42,406 nt of DNA from Burkholderiales bacterium (GCA_038249925.1 JBBSCV010000001.1:1-42406), one strand, 5' to 3'. Shown: positions 1 through 12,773, counted from the first letter of the stretch. Notes: a model not told the origin generated them from the letters alone. A program made the numbers and translations.

Positions 1-193
1 CTACTTCCGCACCACGGACGTGACCGGCGCAGTCGAGTTGCCCAAGGACAAGGAGATGGTGATGCCGGGCGACAACGTCAGCATCACGGTCAAGCTGATC
101 AACCCGATCGCGATGGAAGAAGGCCTGCGCTTCGCCATCCGAGAAGGCGGCCGCACCGTCGGTGCCGGCGTCGTGGCCAAGATCATCGAATAA
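1..193 (+). CDS. tuf: Elongation factor Tu, C-terminal part (5' truncated by window edge)
   Basis: Frame from nt 2 reads [25 protein letters not shown]...[23 protein letters not shown], the canonical EF-Tu C-terminus; directly upstream of rpsJ. Confidence 0.98.
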   Translation, partial: YFRTTDVTGAVELPKDKEMVMPGDNVSITVKLINPIAMEEGLRFAIREGGRTVGAGVVAKIIE

Positions 194-202
194 GGATCAG
201 CC

Positions 203-517
203 ATGTCTGCCAAACAAAAGATTCGCATTCGCCTGAAGGCTTTCGACTACAAGCTGATCGACCAGTCAGCTGCGGAGATCGTTGAAACCGCCAAGCGCAC
301 CGGCGCCATCGTCAAGGGCCCGGTGCCGCTGCCGACGCGCATGCAACGTTTCGACATCCTGCGTTCGCCGCACGTCAACAAGACGAGCCGTGACCAGTTC
401 GAAATCCGCACGCACCAGCGCCTGATGGACATCGTCGACCCCACGGACAAGACCGTGGACGCACTGATGAAGCTCGACCTGCCGGCTGGCGTGGACGTCG
501 AAATCAAGCTGCAGTGA
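203..517 (+). CDS. rpsJ: 30S ribosomal protein S10
   Basis: [18 protein letters not shown]...[21 protein letters not shown]. Confidence 0.99.
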   Translation: MSAKQKIRIRLKAFDYKLIDQSAAEIVETAKRTGAIVKGPVPLPTRMQRFDILRSPHVNKTSRDQFEIRTHQRLMDIVDPTDKTVDALMKLDLPAGVDVEIKLQ

Positions 518-538
518 GGCCAAACCGCGTGATGGCAG

Positions 539-566
539 TTGCGGCAGGCGCCGTCGCTGCTATACT
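539..566 (+). promoter_or_regulatory. Putative sigma70 promoter upstream of rplC
   Basis: TTGCGG (539-544), 16 nt spacer, extended -10 TGcTATACT (558-566) in the 200-nt rpsJ-rplC gap. Confidence 0.6.
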
Positions 567-716
567 CGCGGGCTTTCCTCGGCTCGGGTTACACCCAAGT
601 TAGAGGATTTATTCGCCCCGGGCCGACTCTTTGAGAGTGCCCGTGGCAGCCACCCCGGGCAATCGATCTCGGGATCGTGAACAAGGCGCTCGCATCGTCG
701 GGCGCTGGAGAAAACC

Positions 717-1415
717 ATGAGCATGAGCGAACAGCTCGGCTTGCTGGGTCGCAAGGTGGGCATGACGCGCATCTTCACGGACGATGGTGACACCATCCCC
801 GTGACTGTGCTCGACGTGTCGAACAACCGCGTCACACAAGTCAAGACCGCTGCGACCGACGGGTACAACGCGCTGCAAGTCGCGTTCGGTGCCCGCAAGG
901 CCAGCCGTGTCACCAAGCCCGAAGCCGGGCACCTGGCCAAGGCCGGTGTCGAGGCGGGTGAAGTCCTCAAGGAATTCCGCGTCACTGCGGAAGTCCTGGG
1001 TCAATACAAGACTGGCGCTGTCGTGCCGGTGAGTGTCTTTGCTGCCGGCCAGAAGGTCGACGTGCAAGGCACCTCGCTGGGCAAAGGCTTCCAGGGCGCC
1101 ATCAAGCGTCACAACTTCAGCTCGCAGCGCGCGTCACACGGCAACAGCCGTTCGCACAACGTGCCGGGCTCGATCTCGATGGCGCAGGATCCAGGCCGCG
1201 TGTTCCCGGGCAAGAAGATGACCGGCCACATGGGCGACGAAACGGTCAGCGTGCAGAACCTCGACATCGTCCGCGTGGATGAAGCGCGTTCGCTGCTGCT
1301 CGTGCGCGGCGCCGTGCCGGGCCACAAGAATGGCCACGTGGTCGTGCGGCCCGCCATCAAGGCGCGCGTCAGCAAGGTCGTCGCTGCCGAGCCTGCGAAG
1401 AAAGGGGCCAAGTGA
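717..1415 (+). CDS. rplC: 50S ribosomal protein L3
   Basis: [15 protein letters not shown]...[13 protein letters not shown]...[15 protein letters not shown]. Confidence 0.99.
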   Translation: MSMSEQLGLLGRKVGMTRIFTDDGDTIPVTVLDVSNNRVTQVKTAATDGYNALQVAFGARKASRVTKPEAGHLAKAGVEAGEVLKEFRVTAEVLGQYKTGAVVPVSVFAAGQKVDVQGTSLGKGFQGAIKRHNFSSQRASHGNSRSHNVPGSISMAQDPGRVFPGKKMTGHMGDETVSVQNLDIVRVDEARSLLLVRGAVPGHKNGHVVVRPAIKARVSKVVAAEPAKKGAK

Positions 1416-2050
1416 TGCAACTCGAGCTCCTCAACGAACAGGGCCAGGCCACCTCGAAGGTGGACGCTCCTGACACGGTCTTTGCCCGTGACTACAACGA
1501 AGCCCTCGTGCACCAGGTGGTCGTGGCCTTCCAGGCCAACGCCCGCCAAGGCACCCGTGCCCAGCTCGACCGAGGTGAGGTCAAGCACTCGACGAAGAAG
1601 CCGTTTCGGCAGAAGGGCACTGGCCGCGCTCGCGCCGGCATGACCAGCTCGCCGCTGTGGCGTGGCGGTGGTCGCATCTTCCCGAACCGCCCTGACGAGA
1701 ACTTCTCGCAGAAGGTCAACAAGAAGATGTACCGCGCAGGCATGGCGTCCATCCTGTCGCAACTTGCCCGTGACGGTCGTCTGGCGGTGGTGGATGGCAT
1801 CAGCATCGACGCCCCGAAGACCAAGCTGCTGGCCGACAAGTTCAAGGCCATGGGCCTGGGCACGGACACCAAGAATTCGGTGCTGGTGATCGTCGATCAG
1901 ATCGACGACAACATCGCTTTGGCCTCGCGCAACCTGCCCAACGTGCTGGTGGTCGAGCCCCGTTACGCTGATCCGCTGTCCCTCGTCTTCTACAAGAAGG
2001 TGTTGGTGACCAAAGGCGCGATCGAGCAGCTCAAGGAGATGTTCGCATGA
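1415..2050 (+). CDS. rplD: 50S ribosomal protein L4
   Basis: [15 protein letters not shown]...WRGGGRIF; ATG overlaps the rplC stop (alternative GTG at 1412). Confidence 0.99.
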   Translation: MQLELLNEQGQATSKVDAPDTVFARDYNEALVHQVVVAFQANARQGTRAQLDRGEVKHSTKKPFRQKGTGRARAGMTSSPLWRGGGRIFPNRPDENFSQKVNKKMYRAGMASILSQLARDGRLAVVDGISIDAPKTKLLADKFKAMGLGTDTKNSVLVIVDQIDDNIALASRNLPNVLVVEPRYADPLSLVFYKKVLVTKGAIEQLKEMFA

Positions 2051-2382
2051 GCCGCACCAACCCAAGCCCGTCCGAGCGCAAGTTCGACGAAGGCCGTTTG
2101 AGCCAGGTGCTGGTAGCGCCGATCATTTCGGAAAAGGCCACCCGCATCGGCGAGAAGAACAACCAGGTGTTGTTCAAGGTGTTGCGCGACGCGACGAAGC
2201 CTGAGATCAAGGCCGCTGTCGAGCTGATGTTCAAGGTCGAGGTGGCTGATGTGTCGACGGCCATTCAAAAGGGCAAGGTCAAGCGATTCGGCCGTGCGAT
2301 CGGCCGCCGAGACCACGTCAAGAAGGCATTTGTGTCCTTGAAGCCGGGCCAGGAGCTCAACTTCTCCGGGGAGGCCGCTTAA
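2047..2382 (+). CDS. rplW: 50S ribosomal protein L23
   Basis: APIISEKAT...[19 protein letters not shown]...KKAFVSL. Confidence 0.99.
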   Translation: MSRTNPSPSERKFDEGRLSQVLVAPIISEKATRIGEKNNQVLFKVLRDATKPEIKAAVELMFKVEVADVSTAIQKGKVKRFGRAIGRRDHVKKAFVSLKPGQELNFSGEAA

Positions 2383-2384
2383 TC

Positions 2385-3209
2385 ATGGCTGTCATCAAAG
2401 TCAAGCCCACATCGCCAGGCCGTCGTGCCGTGGTGAAAGTCGTGCACAAGCATTTGCACAAGGGTGCACCAGAAGCCTCGCTGCTGGAGCCGCAAAAGCA
2501 GAACGCCGGCCGCAACAACAACGGCCACATCACGATCCGCCACAGGGGCGGTGGTCACAAGCATCACTACCGTGTGGTCGACTTCGTGCGCAACAAGGAC
2601 GGCATTCCGGCGAAGGTCGAACGTATCGAGTACGACCCCAACCGCACTGCCCACATCGCGCTGCTGTGCTATGCCGACGGCGAACGCCGGTACATCATCG
2701 CCCCCCGCGGCGTGGACACTGGTGCCACGTTGTTGAGCGGCGCCGAGGCGCCGATCAAGGCCGGCAACACGCTGCCCATCCGCAACATCCCCGTCGGTTC
2801 CATCGTCCATTGCGTGGAAATGATGCCGGGCAAGGGGGCGCAGATTGCGCGCTCGGCTGGTACCAGCGTCACGCTGATGGCCCGCGAAGGCATATACGCC
2901 CAGTTGCGTTTGCGCTCGGGTGAGGTTCGCAAGATCCACATCGACTGCCGCGCCACCATCGGCGAAGTGTCAAACGAAGAGCACAGCCTGCGCCAGTATG
3001 GCAAGGCCGGCGCGATCCGCTGGAAGGGTATCCGTCCGACCGTGCGTGGCACCGCCATGAACCCGGTCGACCACCCGCACGGCGGTGGTGAAGGCAAGAC
3101 CGGTGAAGGCCAGCCGCAGGTGTCGCCGTGGAACACCCTGACCAAGGGCTACCGCACTCGCAGCAACAAGCGCACGCAGACGATGATCGTCTCGCGTCGC
3201 AAGAAGTGA
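2385..3209 (+). CDS. rplB: 50S ribosomal protein L2
   Basis: GRNNNGHIT...[12 protein letters not shown]...[13 protein letters not shown]. Confidence 0.99.
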   Translation: MAVIKVKPTSPGRRAVVKVVHKHLHKGAPEASLLEPQKQNAGRNNNGHITIRHRGGGHKHHYRVVDFVRNKDGIPAKVERIEYDPNRTAHIALLCYADGERRYIIAPRGVDTGATLLSGAEAPIKAGNTLPIRNIPVGSIVHCVEMMPGKGAQIARSAGTSVTLMAREGIYAQLRLRSGEVRKIHIDCRATIGEVSNEEHSLRQYGKAGAIRWKGIRPTVRGTAMNPVDHPHGGGEGKTGEGQPQVSPWNTLTKGYRTRSNKRTQTMIVSRRKK

Positions 3210-3220
3210 GGTCGTAGACC

Positions 3221-3496
3221 ATGACCCGTTCGCTCAAGAAAGGTCCCTTCGTGGACCACCACCTCATGGCCAAGGTCGAGAGGGCCGCCGCCATCAAGGA
3301 CAAGAAGCCGATCAAGACCTGGTCGCGCCGCAGCACCATCCTGCCCGAGTTCATCGGCTTGACGGTGGCCGTACACAACGGCAAGCAGCATGTGCCAGTT
3401 TACGTGACCGACCAGATGGTCGGCCACAAGCTCGGCGAGTTCGCCCTCACCCGCTTGTTCAAGGGTCACCCCGCGGACAAGAAGGCCAAGCGCTAA
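3221..3496 (+). CDS. rpsS: 30S ribosomal protein S19
   Basis: [10 protein letters not shown]...KTWSRRSTI...GHKLGEFA. Confidence 0.99.
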   Translation: MTRSLKKGPFVDHHLMAKVERAAAIKDKKPIKTWSRRSTILPEFIGLTVAVHNGKQHVPVYVTDQMVGHKLGEFALTRLFKGHPADKKAKR

Positions 3497-3508
3497 GGAG
3501 CCGCAGCG

Positions 3509-3838
3509 ATGGAAACCAAAGCAATCGCACGTGGTGTTCGCCTCTCCTCGGACAAGGGACGCCTGGTGGCGGACATGATCCGTGGCAAGAAGGTCGACCA
3601 GGCATTGAACATCCTTGCCTTCACGCAGAAGAAGGCGGCAGGGATCATCAAGAAGGTGGTCGACTCCGCAGTGGCCAATGCCGAACACAACGACGGCGCC
3701 GACATCGACGAGTTGAAGATCAAGTCGATCTACGTCGAACAGGGCACGGTGCTCAAGCGCTTCTCGGCTCGGGCCAAGGGGCGCGGCGCGCGCATCAGCA
3801 AGGGCACCTGCCACATCTACGTGACAGTCGGCAACTGA
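3509..3838 (+). CDS. rplV: 50S ribosomal protein L22
   Basis: [12 protein letters not shown]...SAVANAEHN...RAKGRG. Confidence 0.99.
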   Translation: METKAIARGVRLSSDKGRLVADMIRGKKVDQALNILAFTQKKAAGIIKKVVDSAVANAEHNDGADIDELKIKSIYVEQGTVLKRFSARAKGRGARISKGTCHIYVTVGN

Positions 3839-3853
3839 GGCACAGGACAGAAC

Positions 3854-4750
3854 ATGGGACAAAAAATCCACCCGACCGGCTTCCGCCTCGCCGTCACACG
3901 CGCCTGGCAAAGCCGCTGGTTCGCCACCAAGGCCAACTTCGCCACGATGCTGGCTGAAGACCTGAAGGTGCGTGAATACCTGAAGACCAAGCTGAAGAGC
4001 GCAGCTGTCTCGCGCATCCTCATCGAACGCCCCGCCAAGAACGCGCGCATCACCATTTTCTCGGCACGCCCGGGCGTGGTGATCGGCAAGAAGGGCGAGG
4101 ACATCGAGAACCTGAAGGCAGAACTGGGCCGCCGTTTGGGCGTGCCGGTGGCTGTGAACATCGAAGAAATCCGCAAGCCGGAAGTCGATGCGCAGTTGAT
4201 TGCTGACAGCATCACGCAGCAACTCGAAAAGCGAATCATGTTCCGCCGCGCCATGAAGCGCGCGATGCAGAACGCGATGCGTTTGGGCGCCCAGGGCATC
4301 AAGATCATGAGTTCTGGCCGCCTGAACGGCATCGAAATCGCGCGCTGCGAGTGGTACCGAGAAGGTCGCGTGCCGCTTCACACCCTGAAGGCTGACATCG
4401 ACTATGGCTTCAGCGAAGCCAAGACGACCTACGGCATCATTGGCGTGAAGGTGTGGGTTTACCGCGGTGACAGGCTTGCCAACGGCGACGCTCCGCAGCT
4501 GCCCAAGACCGAAAACGACGGTGACCGCCGCGACCGCCGACCGGCCCGGCCCGGTGACCGACCGGGTGCAGGCCGTGGCCGCCCTGGTGCCGATCGCCCG
4601 ACCGCACCTCGCGGTGAAGTGACCACCGCAGCCGCAGCGCCCGCCACACCGGCTGCTGATGGCCCGAGCGGCCCCAAGGGCCCGGCCGTCAAGCGCGTTC
4701 GTCGTGCCACCCCGGCCACGCCGGCGGCTGGTGAGACCAAAGGAGAATAA
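3854..4750 (+). CDS. rpsC: 30S ribosomal protein S3 with long low-complexity C-terminal tail
   Basis: [12 protein letters not shown]...[10 protein letters not shown]...EGRVPLHTL. Confidence 0.99.
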   Translation: MGQKIHPTGFRLAVTRAWQSRWFATKANFATMLAEDLKVREYLKTKLKSAAVSRILIERPAKNARITIFSARPGVVIGKKGEDIENLKAELGRRLGVPVAVNIEEIRKPEVDAQLIADSITQQLEKRIMFRRAMKRAMQNAMRLGAQGIKIMSSGRLNGIEIARCEWYREGRVPLHTLKADIDYGFSEAKTTYGIIGVKVWVYRGDRLANGDAPQLPKTENDGDRRDRRPARPGDRPGAGRGRPGADRPTAPRGEVTTAAAAPATPAADGPSGPKGPAVKRVRRATPATPAAGETKGE

Positions 4751-4752
4751 CG

Positions 4753-5169
4753 ATGCTGCAACCCGCACGTCGCAAGTTCCGCAAGGAACACAAGGGCCGC
4801 AACACCGGCATCGCCACTCGTGGCGCAGCTGTATCGTTCGGCGACTTCGGCCTCAAGGCCACCGAACGAGGCCGCATCACGGCGCGTCAGATCGAAGCCG
4901 CCCGCCGTGCCATCAGCCGACACATCAAGCGCGGTGGCCGCATCTTCATCCGCATCTTTCCCGACAAGCCGATTTCGCAGAAGCCGGCTGAAGTGCGCAT
5001 GGGCAATGGCAAGGGCAACCCCGAGTACTACGTGGCTGAGATCCAGCCGGGCAAGGTGCTGTACGAAATCAACGGCGTGCCCGAGCAACTGGCCCGCGAA
5101 GCCTTTCTGCTGGCTTCGGCCAAGTTGCCGCTGAAGTGCACCTTCGTGGCGCGCCAGGTCGGCACCTGA
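4753..5169 (+). CDS. rplP: 50S ribosomal protein L16
   Basis: [11 protein letters not shown]...RIFPDKP...RMGNGKG. Confidence 0.99.
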   Translation: MLQPARRKFRKEHKGRNTGIATRGAAVSFGDFGLKATERGRITARQIEAARRAISRHIKRGGRIFIRIFPDKPISQKPAEVRMGNGKGNPEYYVAEIQPGKVLYEINGVPEQLAREAFLLASAKLPLKCTFVARQVGT

Positions 5170-5181
5170 TCAGGAGCACAC

Positions 5182-5382
5182 ATGAGCAAGACATCTGAAC
5201 TGCGTACAAAGGACGTGGCCGCGCTGGAAAAGGAAGTCTCTGACCTGCTGAAGGCCCATTTCGGCCTGCGCATGCAGAAGGCGACCCAGCAACTCACGAA
5301 CCACACGCAACTGGGCAACACGAAGCGCGACATTGCGCGAGTGAAGACCATCATCGCGGAAAAGAAGAGGGCTGCGAAATGA
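5182..5382 (+). CDS. rpmC: 50S ribosomal protein L29
   Basis: ELRTK...[12 protein letters not shown]...KRDIARVKT; position in operon. Confidence 0.98.
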   Translation: MSKTSELRTKDVAALEKEVSDLLKAHFGLRMQKATQQLTNHTQLGNTKRDIARVKTIIAEKKRAAK

Positions 5383-5687
5383 GCGAAGCACATACCGCTA
5401 TGGCAACGCCTGCAACGCCTGCGGCCGCGCCGGTGAAGAACACGCGCACCCTGATGGGCCGCGTTGTAAGCGACAAGCGGGCCAAGACGATTACCGTGCT
5501 GGTCGAACGCCGTACCGCGCATGAGCTTTACGGCAAGATCGTCGCCAAGTCCCGCAAGTACCACGCGCACGACGAAAAGGGCGAATACAAGATGGGCGAC
5601 CTCGTCGAGATCGCCGAAGGTCGCCCCATCAGCAAGACCAAGTCGTGGGTCGTGACGAAGCTGCTCGAAAAGGCCAAGCTCGTTTGA
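5379..5687 (+). CDS. rpsQ: 30S ribosomal protein S17
   Basis: [14 protein letters not shown]...KYHAHDE...RPISKTKSW. Confidence 0.99.
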   Translation: MSEAHTAMATPATPAAAPVKNTRTLMGRVVSDKRAKTITVLVERRTAHELYGKIVAKSRKYHAHDEKGEYKMGDLVEIAEGRPISKTKSWVVTKLLEKAKLV

Positions 5688-5787
5688 CCCCGCGGCCGGG
5701 CCGCGAGGTCCTGCAAGCACGCCGAAGCGGCCGCACGCTGGAATGACCAGCCCCGGCCGCTTTTGTCATCAAGCCAGGAGAACACGA

Positions 5788-6303
5788 ATGTTGAAAGTCG
5801 GAGACAAGCTGCCTGCGGGCACATTGAACGAGTTCATCGAGGTCGAGGGCAATGGCTGCGCTGTGGGGCCCAACAGCTTCGACGTGGAGAAGACCGCCGC
5901 GGGAAAGAAGATCGCCATCTTCGCGCTGCCGGGCGCCTTCACGCCCACCTGTTCGGCCCAACATGTGCCTGGATATGTCGAGCATGCCGACATGCTGAAG
6001 GCTGCCGGTGTCGACGAGATCTGGTGTTTGTCGGTGAACGACGCCTTCGTGATGGGCGCCTGGGGCAGGGAGTTGAAAACCGGCACCAAAGTGCGCATGA
6101 TGGCCGACGGCAGTGCCGGCTTCACCCAGGCCACCGGTCTGACGCTGGACCTGACGACGCGCGGCATGGGCCTGCGTTCGAACCGCTATTCGATGTTGGT
6201 TGTTGACGGCGTGGTCAAGTCCTTGAACGTCGAAGGCCCAGGCAAGTTCGAGGTGAGCGACGCCGCCACTCTGCTGGGCCAGGCGAAGGCGCTGCTGGCT
6301 TGA
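5788..6303 (+). CDS. Peroxiredoxin, Prx5/Redoxin type
   Basis: LPGAFTPTCS active-site motif, SVNDAFVMGAW, RSNRYSM; AGGAG RBS before ATG 5788. Confidence 0.95.
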   Translation: MLKVGDKLPAGTLNEFIEVEGNGCAVGPNSFDVEKTAAGKKIAIFALPGAFTPTCSAQHVPGYVEHADMLKAAGVDEIWCLSVNDAFVMGAWGRELKTGTKVRMMADGSAGFTQATGLTLDLTTRGMGLRSNRYSMLVVDGVVKSLNVEGPGKFEVSDAATLLGQAKALLA

Positions 6304-6323
6304 ACTACCAGTTCTCGCGCGGC

Positions 6324-6353
6324 TTGACGCCTGTGCGGGAACTGTGTCATACT
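6324..6353 (+). promoter_or_regulatory. Putative spc operon promoter
   Basis: TTGACG (6324-6329), 18 nt spacer, TGtCATACT (6345-6353) upstream of rplN. Confidence 0.6.
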
Positions 6354-6484
6354 CAAAAGCTTCGCTGCTTTCGTTAGTCAACTGCCAACGCAACCTGACT
6401 GAAGAAATCAGATCCACCCATACACGGGCCCAAGACTGACTGCGCACGCTGCAAAGCGGAAGCAGGGCAAGTTGGGGAGACACA

Positions 6485-6853
<369 letters not shown>

Positions 6854-6878
6854 GCGCACTGCTTCGTTAGGACCCGAC

Positions 6879-7196
6879 ATGAACAAGATTCGCAAAGGCG
6901 ACCAGGTCATCGTGACCACAGGCCGCGACAAGGGCAAGCGCGGCACGGTGACGCAGCGCGTCGACGAAGACCGCATCGTGGTCGAAGGCGTCAACGTTGC
7001 CAAGAAGCACGTAAAGCCCAACCCGTTGAAGGGCACCACCGGCGGTGTGGTCGACAAGACCATGCCCATCCAGCAGTCGAACGTGGCGATCTACAACTCG
7101 GCCACCGGCAAGGGTGACCGTGTCGGCATCAAGTTGCTGGCCGATGGCAAGAAGGTCCGCGTCTACAAGTCGTCTGGCGACGAGATCAAGGCCTGA
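6879..7196 (+). CDS. rplX: 50S ribosomal protein L24
   Basis: [23 protein letters not shown] motif. Confidence 0.99.
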   Translation: MNKIRKGDQVIVTTGRDKGKRGTVTQRVDEDRIVVEGVNVAKKHVKPNPLKGTTGGVVDKTMPIQQSNVAIYNSATGKGDRVGIKLLADGKKVRVYKSSGDEIKA

Positions 7197-7210
7197 GCGG
7201 AAAGAACGTC

Positions 7211-7810
7211 ATGGCAAAGAAACAAACATCCACGGCCCAGGCCGGTCCTGCGAACCAGGGTGCTCCTTCGCAGGCTCGCCTGCAGGCTATTTATCGCGAG
7301 AAAATCGTGCCTGAGTTGATGGCCAAGTTCGGCTTCACCTCGGTCATGCAGGTGCCGCGTCTGCAAAAGATCACGCTGAACATGGGCGTGAGCGAAGCGG
7401 TCAGCGACAAGAAGGTGATGGACAACGCTGTCAGCGACCTTACGAAGATCGCCGGCCAGAAGCCGGTGGTCACGAAGAGCAAGCGACCGATCGCAGGCTT
7501 CAAGATCCGCGAAGGCCAGGCCATCGGCGCCATGGTCACATTGCGCGGTGTCCGCATGTACGAATTTCTGGACCGTTTCGTCACCGTGGCTCTACCCCGC
7601 GTCCGCGACTTCCGCGGTATCAGCGGCCGCAGCTTCGATGGCCGCGGCAATTACAACATCGGCGTCAAAGAGCAGGTCATTTTCCCCGAGATCGAGTACG
7701 AGAAAATCGACGTGATCCGGGGAATGAATATCAGCATCACGACCAGTGCAAAGAACGACGACGAGTGCAGGGCGCTTTTGACGGCGTTCAAGTTCCCGTT
7801 CAAGAACTGA
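7211..7810 (+). CDS. rplE: 50S ribosomal protein L5
   Basis: [13 protein letters not shown]...LPRVRDFRG...FDGRGNY...FPEI; about 20 aa N-terminal extension. Confidence 0.99.
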   Translation: MAKKQTSTAQAGPANQGAPSQARLQAIYREKIVPELMAKFGFTSVMQVPRLQKITLNMGVSEAVSDKKVMDNAVSDLTKIAGQKPVVTKSKRPIAGFKIREGQAIGAMVTLRGVRMYEFLDRFVTVALPRVRDFRGISGRSFDGRGNYNIGVKEQVIFPEIEYEKIDVIRGMNISITTSAKNDDECRALLTAFKFPFKN

Positions 7811-7820
7811 GGGCAAGACC

Positions 7821-8126
7821 ATGGCCAAACTTTCCGTCATTCAGCGCGAAGAAAAGCGCGAAAAGCTGGTTGCCAAGTACGCGAAGAGGTACGCCGAGCT
7901 CAAGGGCACGGCGAACGACGCAAAACTGTCCGACGAAGAGCGTTATGCCGCCCGTCTGCAGCTGCAGCAACTGCCGCGCAATGCCTACCCGACCCGCTTG
8001 CGCAACCGATGCGCCCTCACCGGTCGCGGCCGTGGCACCTTCCGCATGTTCGGCCTGGGCCGCAACAAGATCCGCGAGCTAGCCTTCAAGGGCGACATTC
8101 CCGGCATGGTCAAGGCCAGCTGGTAA
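7821..8126 (+). CDS. rpsN: 30S ribosomal protein S14 (long, zinc-independent type)
   Basis: 101 aa, [18 protein letters not shown]...PGMVKASW. Confidence 0.99.
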   Translation: MAKLSVIQREEKREKLVAKYAKRYAELKGTANDAKLSDEERYAARLQLQQLPRNAYPTRLRNRCALTGRGRGTFRMFGLGRNKIRELAFKGDIPGMVKASW

Positions 8127-8153
8127 TTCGGCGAGAAGAGCAGGAGCAATTTC

Positions 8154-8549
8154 ATGAGCATGAGTGATCCCATCGCCGACATGCTGACCCGCATCCGCAA
8201 CGCGCAAGCGGTGGACAAGTCAGCGGTCAAGATGCCTTCTTCGAAGCTGAAGGTGGCCATCGCCCAGGTACTGAAGGATGAAGGGTACATCGACGGTTTC
8301 GTCGTGCGCGACGAGACCGGCAAGCCCGAGCTGGAAATCGCGTTGAAGTACTACGCCGGAAAGCCCGTCATCGAGCGTATCGAACGTGTCAGCCGGCCAG
8401 GCCTGCGCATATACAAGGGACGCGATGCGATTCCCCAGGTGATGAACGGACTCGGTGTCGCCATTGTGACCACGCCCAAGGGTGTGATGACCGATCGCAA
8501 GGCTCGTCAGACCGGTGTCGGTGGCGAAGTCCTCTGCTACGTCGCTTGA
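8154..8549 (+). CDS. rpsH: 30S ribosomal protein S8
   Basis: [13 protein letters not shown]...SRPGLRIY...GGEVLCYV. Confidence 0.99.
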   Translation: MSMSDPIADMLTRIRNAQAVDKSAVKMPSSKLKVAIAQVLKDEGYIDGFVVRDETGKPELEIALKYYAGKPVIERIERVSRPGLRIYKGRDAIPQVMNGLGVAIVTTPKGVMTDRKARQTGVGGEVLCYVA

Positions 8550-8574
8550 CCTTGACAAGAACGGAGCGCAGCAA

Positions 8575-9108
8575 ATGTCTCGCGTAGGAAAGATGCCCGT
8601 AGCCGTCCCGCAAGGCGTGGACGTGGCAATCAAAGATGATCAAATCACCGTCAAGGGCAGCAACGGCGCGCTGACGCGCACGCTGAACCCCTTGGTGGCC
8701 ATCAAGATCGACGGCGGCACGGTGACTTTCACCCCCGCCAACGACACCGCCGCCGCCGATGCGATGAGCGGCACCATGCGTGCCCTGGTCGCCAACATGG
8801 TGGGCGGCGTGAGCAAGGGCTTCGAGAAGAAGCTCAGCCTGGTGGGTGTGGGCTTTCGTGCCCAGGCTGTCGGACAGAAGCTGAATCTGCAGATCGGTTT
8901 TTCGCACCCGGTGGTGAAGGACATGCCCGAAGGCATCAAGGTCGCCACCCCGACGCAGACCGAAATCGTCATCACCGGCGCTGACCGTCAGGTGGTGGGC
9001 CAGTTGGCCGCCGAGGTGCGCGCCTTCCGTCCGCCAGAGCCGTACAAGGGCAAGGGCATCCGCTACGTGGGTGAACGCGTGGTGTTGAAAGAGACGAAGA
9101 AGAAGTAA
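8575..9108 (+). CDS. rplF: 50S ribosomal protein L6
   Basis: MSRVGKMPV...[13 protein letters not shown]; start at ATG 8575 after GGAG. Confidence 0.99.
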   Translation: MSRVGKMPVAVPQGVDVAIKDDQITVKGSNGALTRTLNPLVAIKIDGGTVTFTPANDTAAADAMSGTMRALVANMVGGVSKGFEKKLSLVGVGFRAQAVGQKLNLQIGFSHPVVKDMPEGIKVATPTQTEIVITGADRQVVGQLAAEVRAFRPPEPYKGKGIRYVGERVVLKETKKK

Positions 9109-9131
9109 GGACGTCCGCAAGGAAAAGCGCC

Positions 9132-9494
9132 ATGAGCATCACGAAGAAAGAACAACGCCTGCGCCGTTCGCGCCAGACCCGCCTGCGCATTGCGCAGCAG
9201 GGCACTGTGCGTCTGGCGGTGCACCGCTCGAACCTGCACATCTACGCCAGCATCGTTTCCGGCGATGGCGCGCAGGTTTTGGCGAGTGCCTCCACGGCCG
9301 AAAAGGAAGTGCGCGACCAACTGAGTGGCAACGGCGGCAACGTCAATGCGGCCACTCTGGTGGGCAAGCGCATTGCTGAACGGGCTAAGGCCGCCGGCAT
9401 CGAGAAGGTCGCTTTCGACCGCTCGGGCTTCGCCTATCACGGCCGCGTCAAGGCACTTGCGGATGCGGCACGCGAAGCAGGCCTGCAGTTCTAA
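9132..9494 (+). CDS. rplR: 50S ribosomal protein L18
   Basis: [13 protein letters not shown]...[26 protein letters not shown]. Confidence 0.99.
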   Translation: MSITKKEQRLRRSRQTRLRIAQQGTVRLAVHRSNLHIYASIVSGDGAQVLASASTAEKEVRDQLSGNGGNVNAATLVGKRIAERAKAAGIEKVAFDRSGFAYHGRVKALADAAREAGLQF

Positions 9495-9518
9495 GCCGCG
9501 CAGCACAGGAATACCAAA

Positions 9519-10037
9519 ATGGCAAAATTCACTCCCCGCGCGCAGACCGAAGCGAACGACGACGGGCTCAAGGAAAAGATGATCGCGGTCAACCGCGTCA
9601 CCAAGGTGGTGAAGGGCGGGCGCACGCTCAGCTTCGCCGCGCTGACGGTGGTGGGTGACGGCGACGGCCGCATCGGCATGGGCAAGGGCAAGGCCAAGGA
9701 AGTGCCGGTTGCGGTGCAGAAGGCCATGGAGGCCGCACGCCGCAACATGACGAAAGTCAGCTTGCGCAACGGTTCTATCCAGCACAACGTGCGTGGTGAA
9801 CACGGTGCAGCCAAGGTGCTGATGGCCCCTGCGGTGCCAGGCACCGGCATCATCGCCGGTGGCCCCATGCGTGCTGTGTTCGAAGTGATGGGTGTCACCG
9901 ACATCGTCGCCAAGAGCCTGGGTTCGAGCAATCCGTACAACATGGTCCGCGCAACGCTCGACGCCTTGAAGCGCTCGACGACCCCCGCCGACGTGGCGGC
10001 CAAGCGCGGCAAGTCGGTTGAAGACCTCTTCAACTGA
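9519..10037 (+). CDS. rpsE: 30S ribosomal protein S5
   Basis: [11 protein letters not shown]...GKAKEVP...GTGIIAGG. Confidence 0.99.
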   Translation: MAKFTPRAQTEANDDGLKEKMIAVNRVTKVVKGGRTLSFAALTVVGDGDGRIGMGKGKAKEVPVAVQKAMEAARRNMTKVSLRNGSIQHNVRGEHGAAKVLMAPAVPGTGIIAGGPMRAVFEVMGVTDIVAKSLGSSNPYNMVRATLDALKRSTTPADVAAKRGKSVEDLFN

Positions 10038-10051
10038 GCCAGGAGAAGCAC

Positions 10052-10243
10052 ATGTCCGACTCCGCTGAAAAGAAGACTCTCACGGTCAAGCTCGTCAAGA
10101 GCGTGGCCGGCACGCGCCAGTCGCACCGCGATACGGTGCGTGGCCTCGGCCTGCGCAAGGTCAACAGCACGCGCACCCTGGAAGACACGCCCGCAGTGCG
10201 CGGCATGATCAATAAGGTTGCTTACCTGGTTCTGGTGCTCTGA
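10052..10243 (+). CDS. rpmD: 50S ribosomal protein L30
   Basis: VKLVKS...GLGLRK...[12 protein letters not shown]. Confidence 0.98.
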   Translation: MSDSAEKKTLTVKLVKSVAGTRQSHRDTVRGLGLRKVNSTRTLEDTPAVRGMINKVAYLVLVL

Positions 10244-10692
10244 TGGAAATCAACTCGATCAAGCCCGCAGAGGGCAGCAAGAAAGCGCGTCGTCGCGTCG
10301 GCCGTGGCATCGGCTCTGGCCTGGGCAAGACTGCAGGCCGTGGCCACAAGGGCCAGAGCTCGCGCGCTGGTGGCTACCACAAGGTCGGCTTCGAAGGCGG
10401 TCAGATGCCGCTTCAGCGCCGCCTGCCAAAGCGCGGCTTCAAGTCTGCGCAGCTGAAGTACAACAGCGAAGTGACTCTGGGCGACCTGGAAAAGCTGGGT
10501 GCCGATGAGGTCGATCTGCTCACGCTGAAGGCCGCTGGCCTGGTACGCCAGCTGATCAAGACCGTCAAGGTCATCAAGTCGGGCGAACTGACGCGCAAGG
10601 TGGTGCTCAAGGGCATCGGCGCCACAGCGGGTGCCAAGGCAGTCATCGAGGCTGCTGGCGGCTCTGTGGAAACCACGGGCGCCGCTGCCTAA
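10243..10692 (+). CDS. rplO: 50S ribosomal protein L15
   Basis: [21 protein letters not shown]...[17 protein letters not shown]. Confidence 0.99.
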   Translation: MEINSIKPAEGSKKARRRVGRGIGSGLGKTAGRGHKGQSSRAGGYHKVGFEGGQMPLQRRLPKRGFKSAQLKYNSEVTLGDLEKLGADEVDLLTLKAAGLVRQLIKTVKVIKSGELTRKVVLKGIGATAGAKAVIEAAGGSVETTGAAA

Positions 10693-10717
10693 CCACGCCG
10701 TCAGGAAACCTAAGAAC

Positions 10718-12028
10718 GTGGCAACCTCAGCGAACCAGTTGGCCAAAGGCGGCAAGTTCGGTGATCTGCGCAAGCGGATCATCTTCTTGCTGTTGGCCCT
10801 GGTGGTCTATCGCATCGGGACGCACATTCCCGTGCCGGGCATCGACCCGGTGGTGCTGCAGCAGCTCTTCAAGAGCCAGGCTGGCGGCATCCTGAGCCTG
10901 TTCAACATGTTCAGCGGCGGAGCGCTCTCGCGCTTCTCGGTTCTCGCACTGGGCATCATGCCCTACATCAGCGCCAGCATCATCATGCAGCTGATGACCT
11001 ACGTGGTGCCCTCGCTCGAGGCCATCAAGAAGGAAGGCGAAGCCGGCAAACGCAAGATCACGCAGTACACGCGTTATGGCACGCTGGGTTTGGCCCTCTT
11101 CCAGAGCTTGGGCATCGCCCTTGCCCTCGAGGGCTCGCAGGGGCTGGTGCTGGCGCCGGGTTTCGGCTTCCGCATGACTGCGGTGGTCAGTCTGGTGGCA
11201 GGCACGATGTTCCTCATGTGGCTGGGCGAGCAGATCACCGAGCGCGGGCTGGGCAACGGCATCTCCATATTGATCTTTGCGGGCATCGTGGCAGGCTTGC
11301 CGTCTGCCATAGGCGGCTTGTTCGAACTGGTTCGCACCGGTGCCATGAGCATCGTTGCCTGCCTGATCATCATCGCGCTGGTGATCTTCGTGACCTTCGC
11401 CGTGGTGTTTGTCGAGCGTGGTCAGCGGAAGATTTTGGTGAATTACGCCAAGCGCCAAGTTGGCAACAAGGTCTACGGTGGGCAGTCTTCGCATTTGCCG
11501 CTGAAGCTGAATATGTCGGGCGTGATTCCGCCGATCTTCGCCTCGTCGATCATCTTGCTGCCGGCGACGGTGGTGGGCTGGTTCGCGACCGGTGAAGGGC
11601 TGCGCTGGCTGAAGGATCTGTCCACGGCATTGTCGCCAGGTCAGCCGATCTACGTGATGCTGTATGCCGCGATGATCATTTTCTTCTGCTTCTTTTACAC
11701 AGCGCTCGTGTTCAACAGCCGCGAGACGGCAGACAACCTGAAGAAGAGCGGTGCCTTCATTCCGGGCATTCGCCCGGGTGACCAGACAGCGAGGTACATC
11801 GACAAGATCCTGGGCCGCCTGACGCTGGCAGGTGCCGTGTACATCACCGCGGTGTGTTTGTTGCCTGAGTTCCTGGTGCTGAAGTACAACGTGCCCTTCT
11901 ATTTCGGCGGTACTTCCCTGTTGATCATCGTTGTCGTGACGATGGATTTCTGGGCCCAGGTTCAGAGTTACGTGATGAGCCAGCAGTATGAATCGCTCCT
12001 CAAGAAGGCCAACTTCAAGACGAGCTGA
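10718..12028 (+). CDS. secY: Preprotein translocase subunit SecY
   Basis: About 10 hydrophobic segments, [44 protein letters not shown]; GTG start at 10718. Confidence 0.99.
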   Translation: MATSANQLAKGGKFGDLRKRIIFLLLALVVYRIGTHIPVPGIDPVVLQQLFKSQAGGILSLFNMFSGGALSRFSVLALGIMPYISASIIMQLMTYVVPSLEAIKKEGEAGKRKITQYTRYGTLGLALFQSLGIALALEGSQGLVLAPGFGFRMTAVVSLVAGTMFLMWLGEQITERGLGNGISILIFAGIVAGLPSAIGGLFELVRTGAMSIVACLIIIALVIFVTFAVVFVERGQRKILVNYAKRQVGNKVYGGQSSHLPLKLNMSGVIPPIFASSIILLPATVVGWFATGEGLRWLKDLSTALSPGQPIYVMLYAAMIIFFCFFYTALVFNSRETADNLKKSGAFIPGIRPGDQTARYIDKILGRLTLAGAVYITAVCLLPEFLVLKYNVPFYFGGTSLLIIVVVTMDFWAQVQSYVMSQQYESLLKKANFKTS

Positions 12029-12030
12029 TC

Positions 12031-12249
12031 ATGAGCAAAGACGATGTCATCCAAATGCAGGGGGAGATTCTCGAGAACCTCCCCAATGCCACTTTCCGTG
12101 TGAAGCTGGAGAATGGGCACGTGGTGTTGGGCCACATCTCCGGGAAAATGCGCATGCATTACATCCGGATTCTTCCCGGTGACAAAGTCACCGTGGAGCT
12201 GACACCCTACGATTTGAGTCGCGCGCGGATTGTGTTCCGCGCCAAGTAA
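12031..12249 (+). CDS. infA: Translation initiation factor IF-1
   Basis: [14 protein letters not shown]...[17 protein letters not shown]. Confidence 0.99.
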   Translation: MSKDDVIQMQGEILENLPNATFRVKLENGHVVLGHISGKMRMHYIRILPGDKVTVELTPYDLSRARIVFRAK

Positions 12250-12279
12250 GAGCCCCGAATTCGGGTCAAGGAGAAGATC

Positions 12280-12393
12280 ATGAAAGTCGCCGCTTCCGTC
12301 AAGAAGATGTGCCGCAATTGCAAAATCATCCGCCGCAAGGGCGTGGTGCGCGTGATCTGCACCGACCCGCGTCACAAGCAGCGTCAAGGCTGA
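12280..12393 (+). CDS. rpmJ: 50S ribosomal protein L36 (zinc-ribbon type)
   Basis: Too short for the ORF track; translated manually as [37 protein letters not shown], with AGGAG RBS. Confidence 0.98.
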   Translation: MKVAASVKKMCRNCKIIRRKGVVRVICTDPRHKQRQG

Positions 12394-12407
12394 TCTAGAG
12401 GAACACC

Positions 12408-12773
12408 ATGGCACGCATTGCCGGTATCAACGTCCCTCCGCACAAGCATGCGGAAATCGGTCTCACCTCGATCTACGGTATCGGGCGCAGCACGGCGCAG
12501 AAGATCTGCGAAGCGGTGGGCATCCCTTACTCGAAGAAGATCAAGGACCTCTCCGACACCGATCTCGAGAAGATCCGTGAGGAGATCGGCCGCATGACCA
12601 TCGAAGGCGACCTGCGCCGCGAACTGTCGATCAGCATCAAGCGGCTGATGGATCTGGGCTGCTACCGGGGCTTCCGTCACCGTCGTGGCTTGCCGGTTCG
12701 CGGTCAGCGCACCCGCACCAATGCCCGCACCCGCAAGGGTCCGCGCAAAGGCGCAGCAGCGCTGAAGAAGTAA
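12408..12773 (+). CDS. rpsM: 30S ribosomal protein S13
   Basis: [10 protein letters not shown]...[26 protein letters not shown]. Confidence 0.99.
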   Translation: MARIAGINVPPHKHAEIGLTSIYGIGRSTAQKICEAVGIPYSKKIKDLSDTDLEKIREEIGRMTIEGDLRRELSISIKRLMDLGCYRGFRHRRGLPVRGQRTRTNARTRKGPRKGAAALKK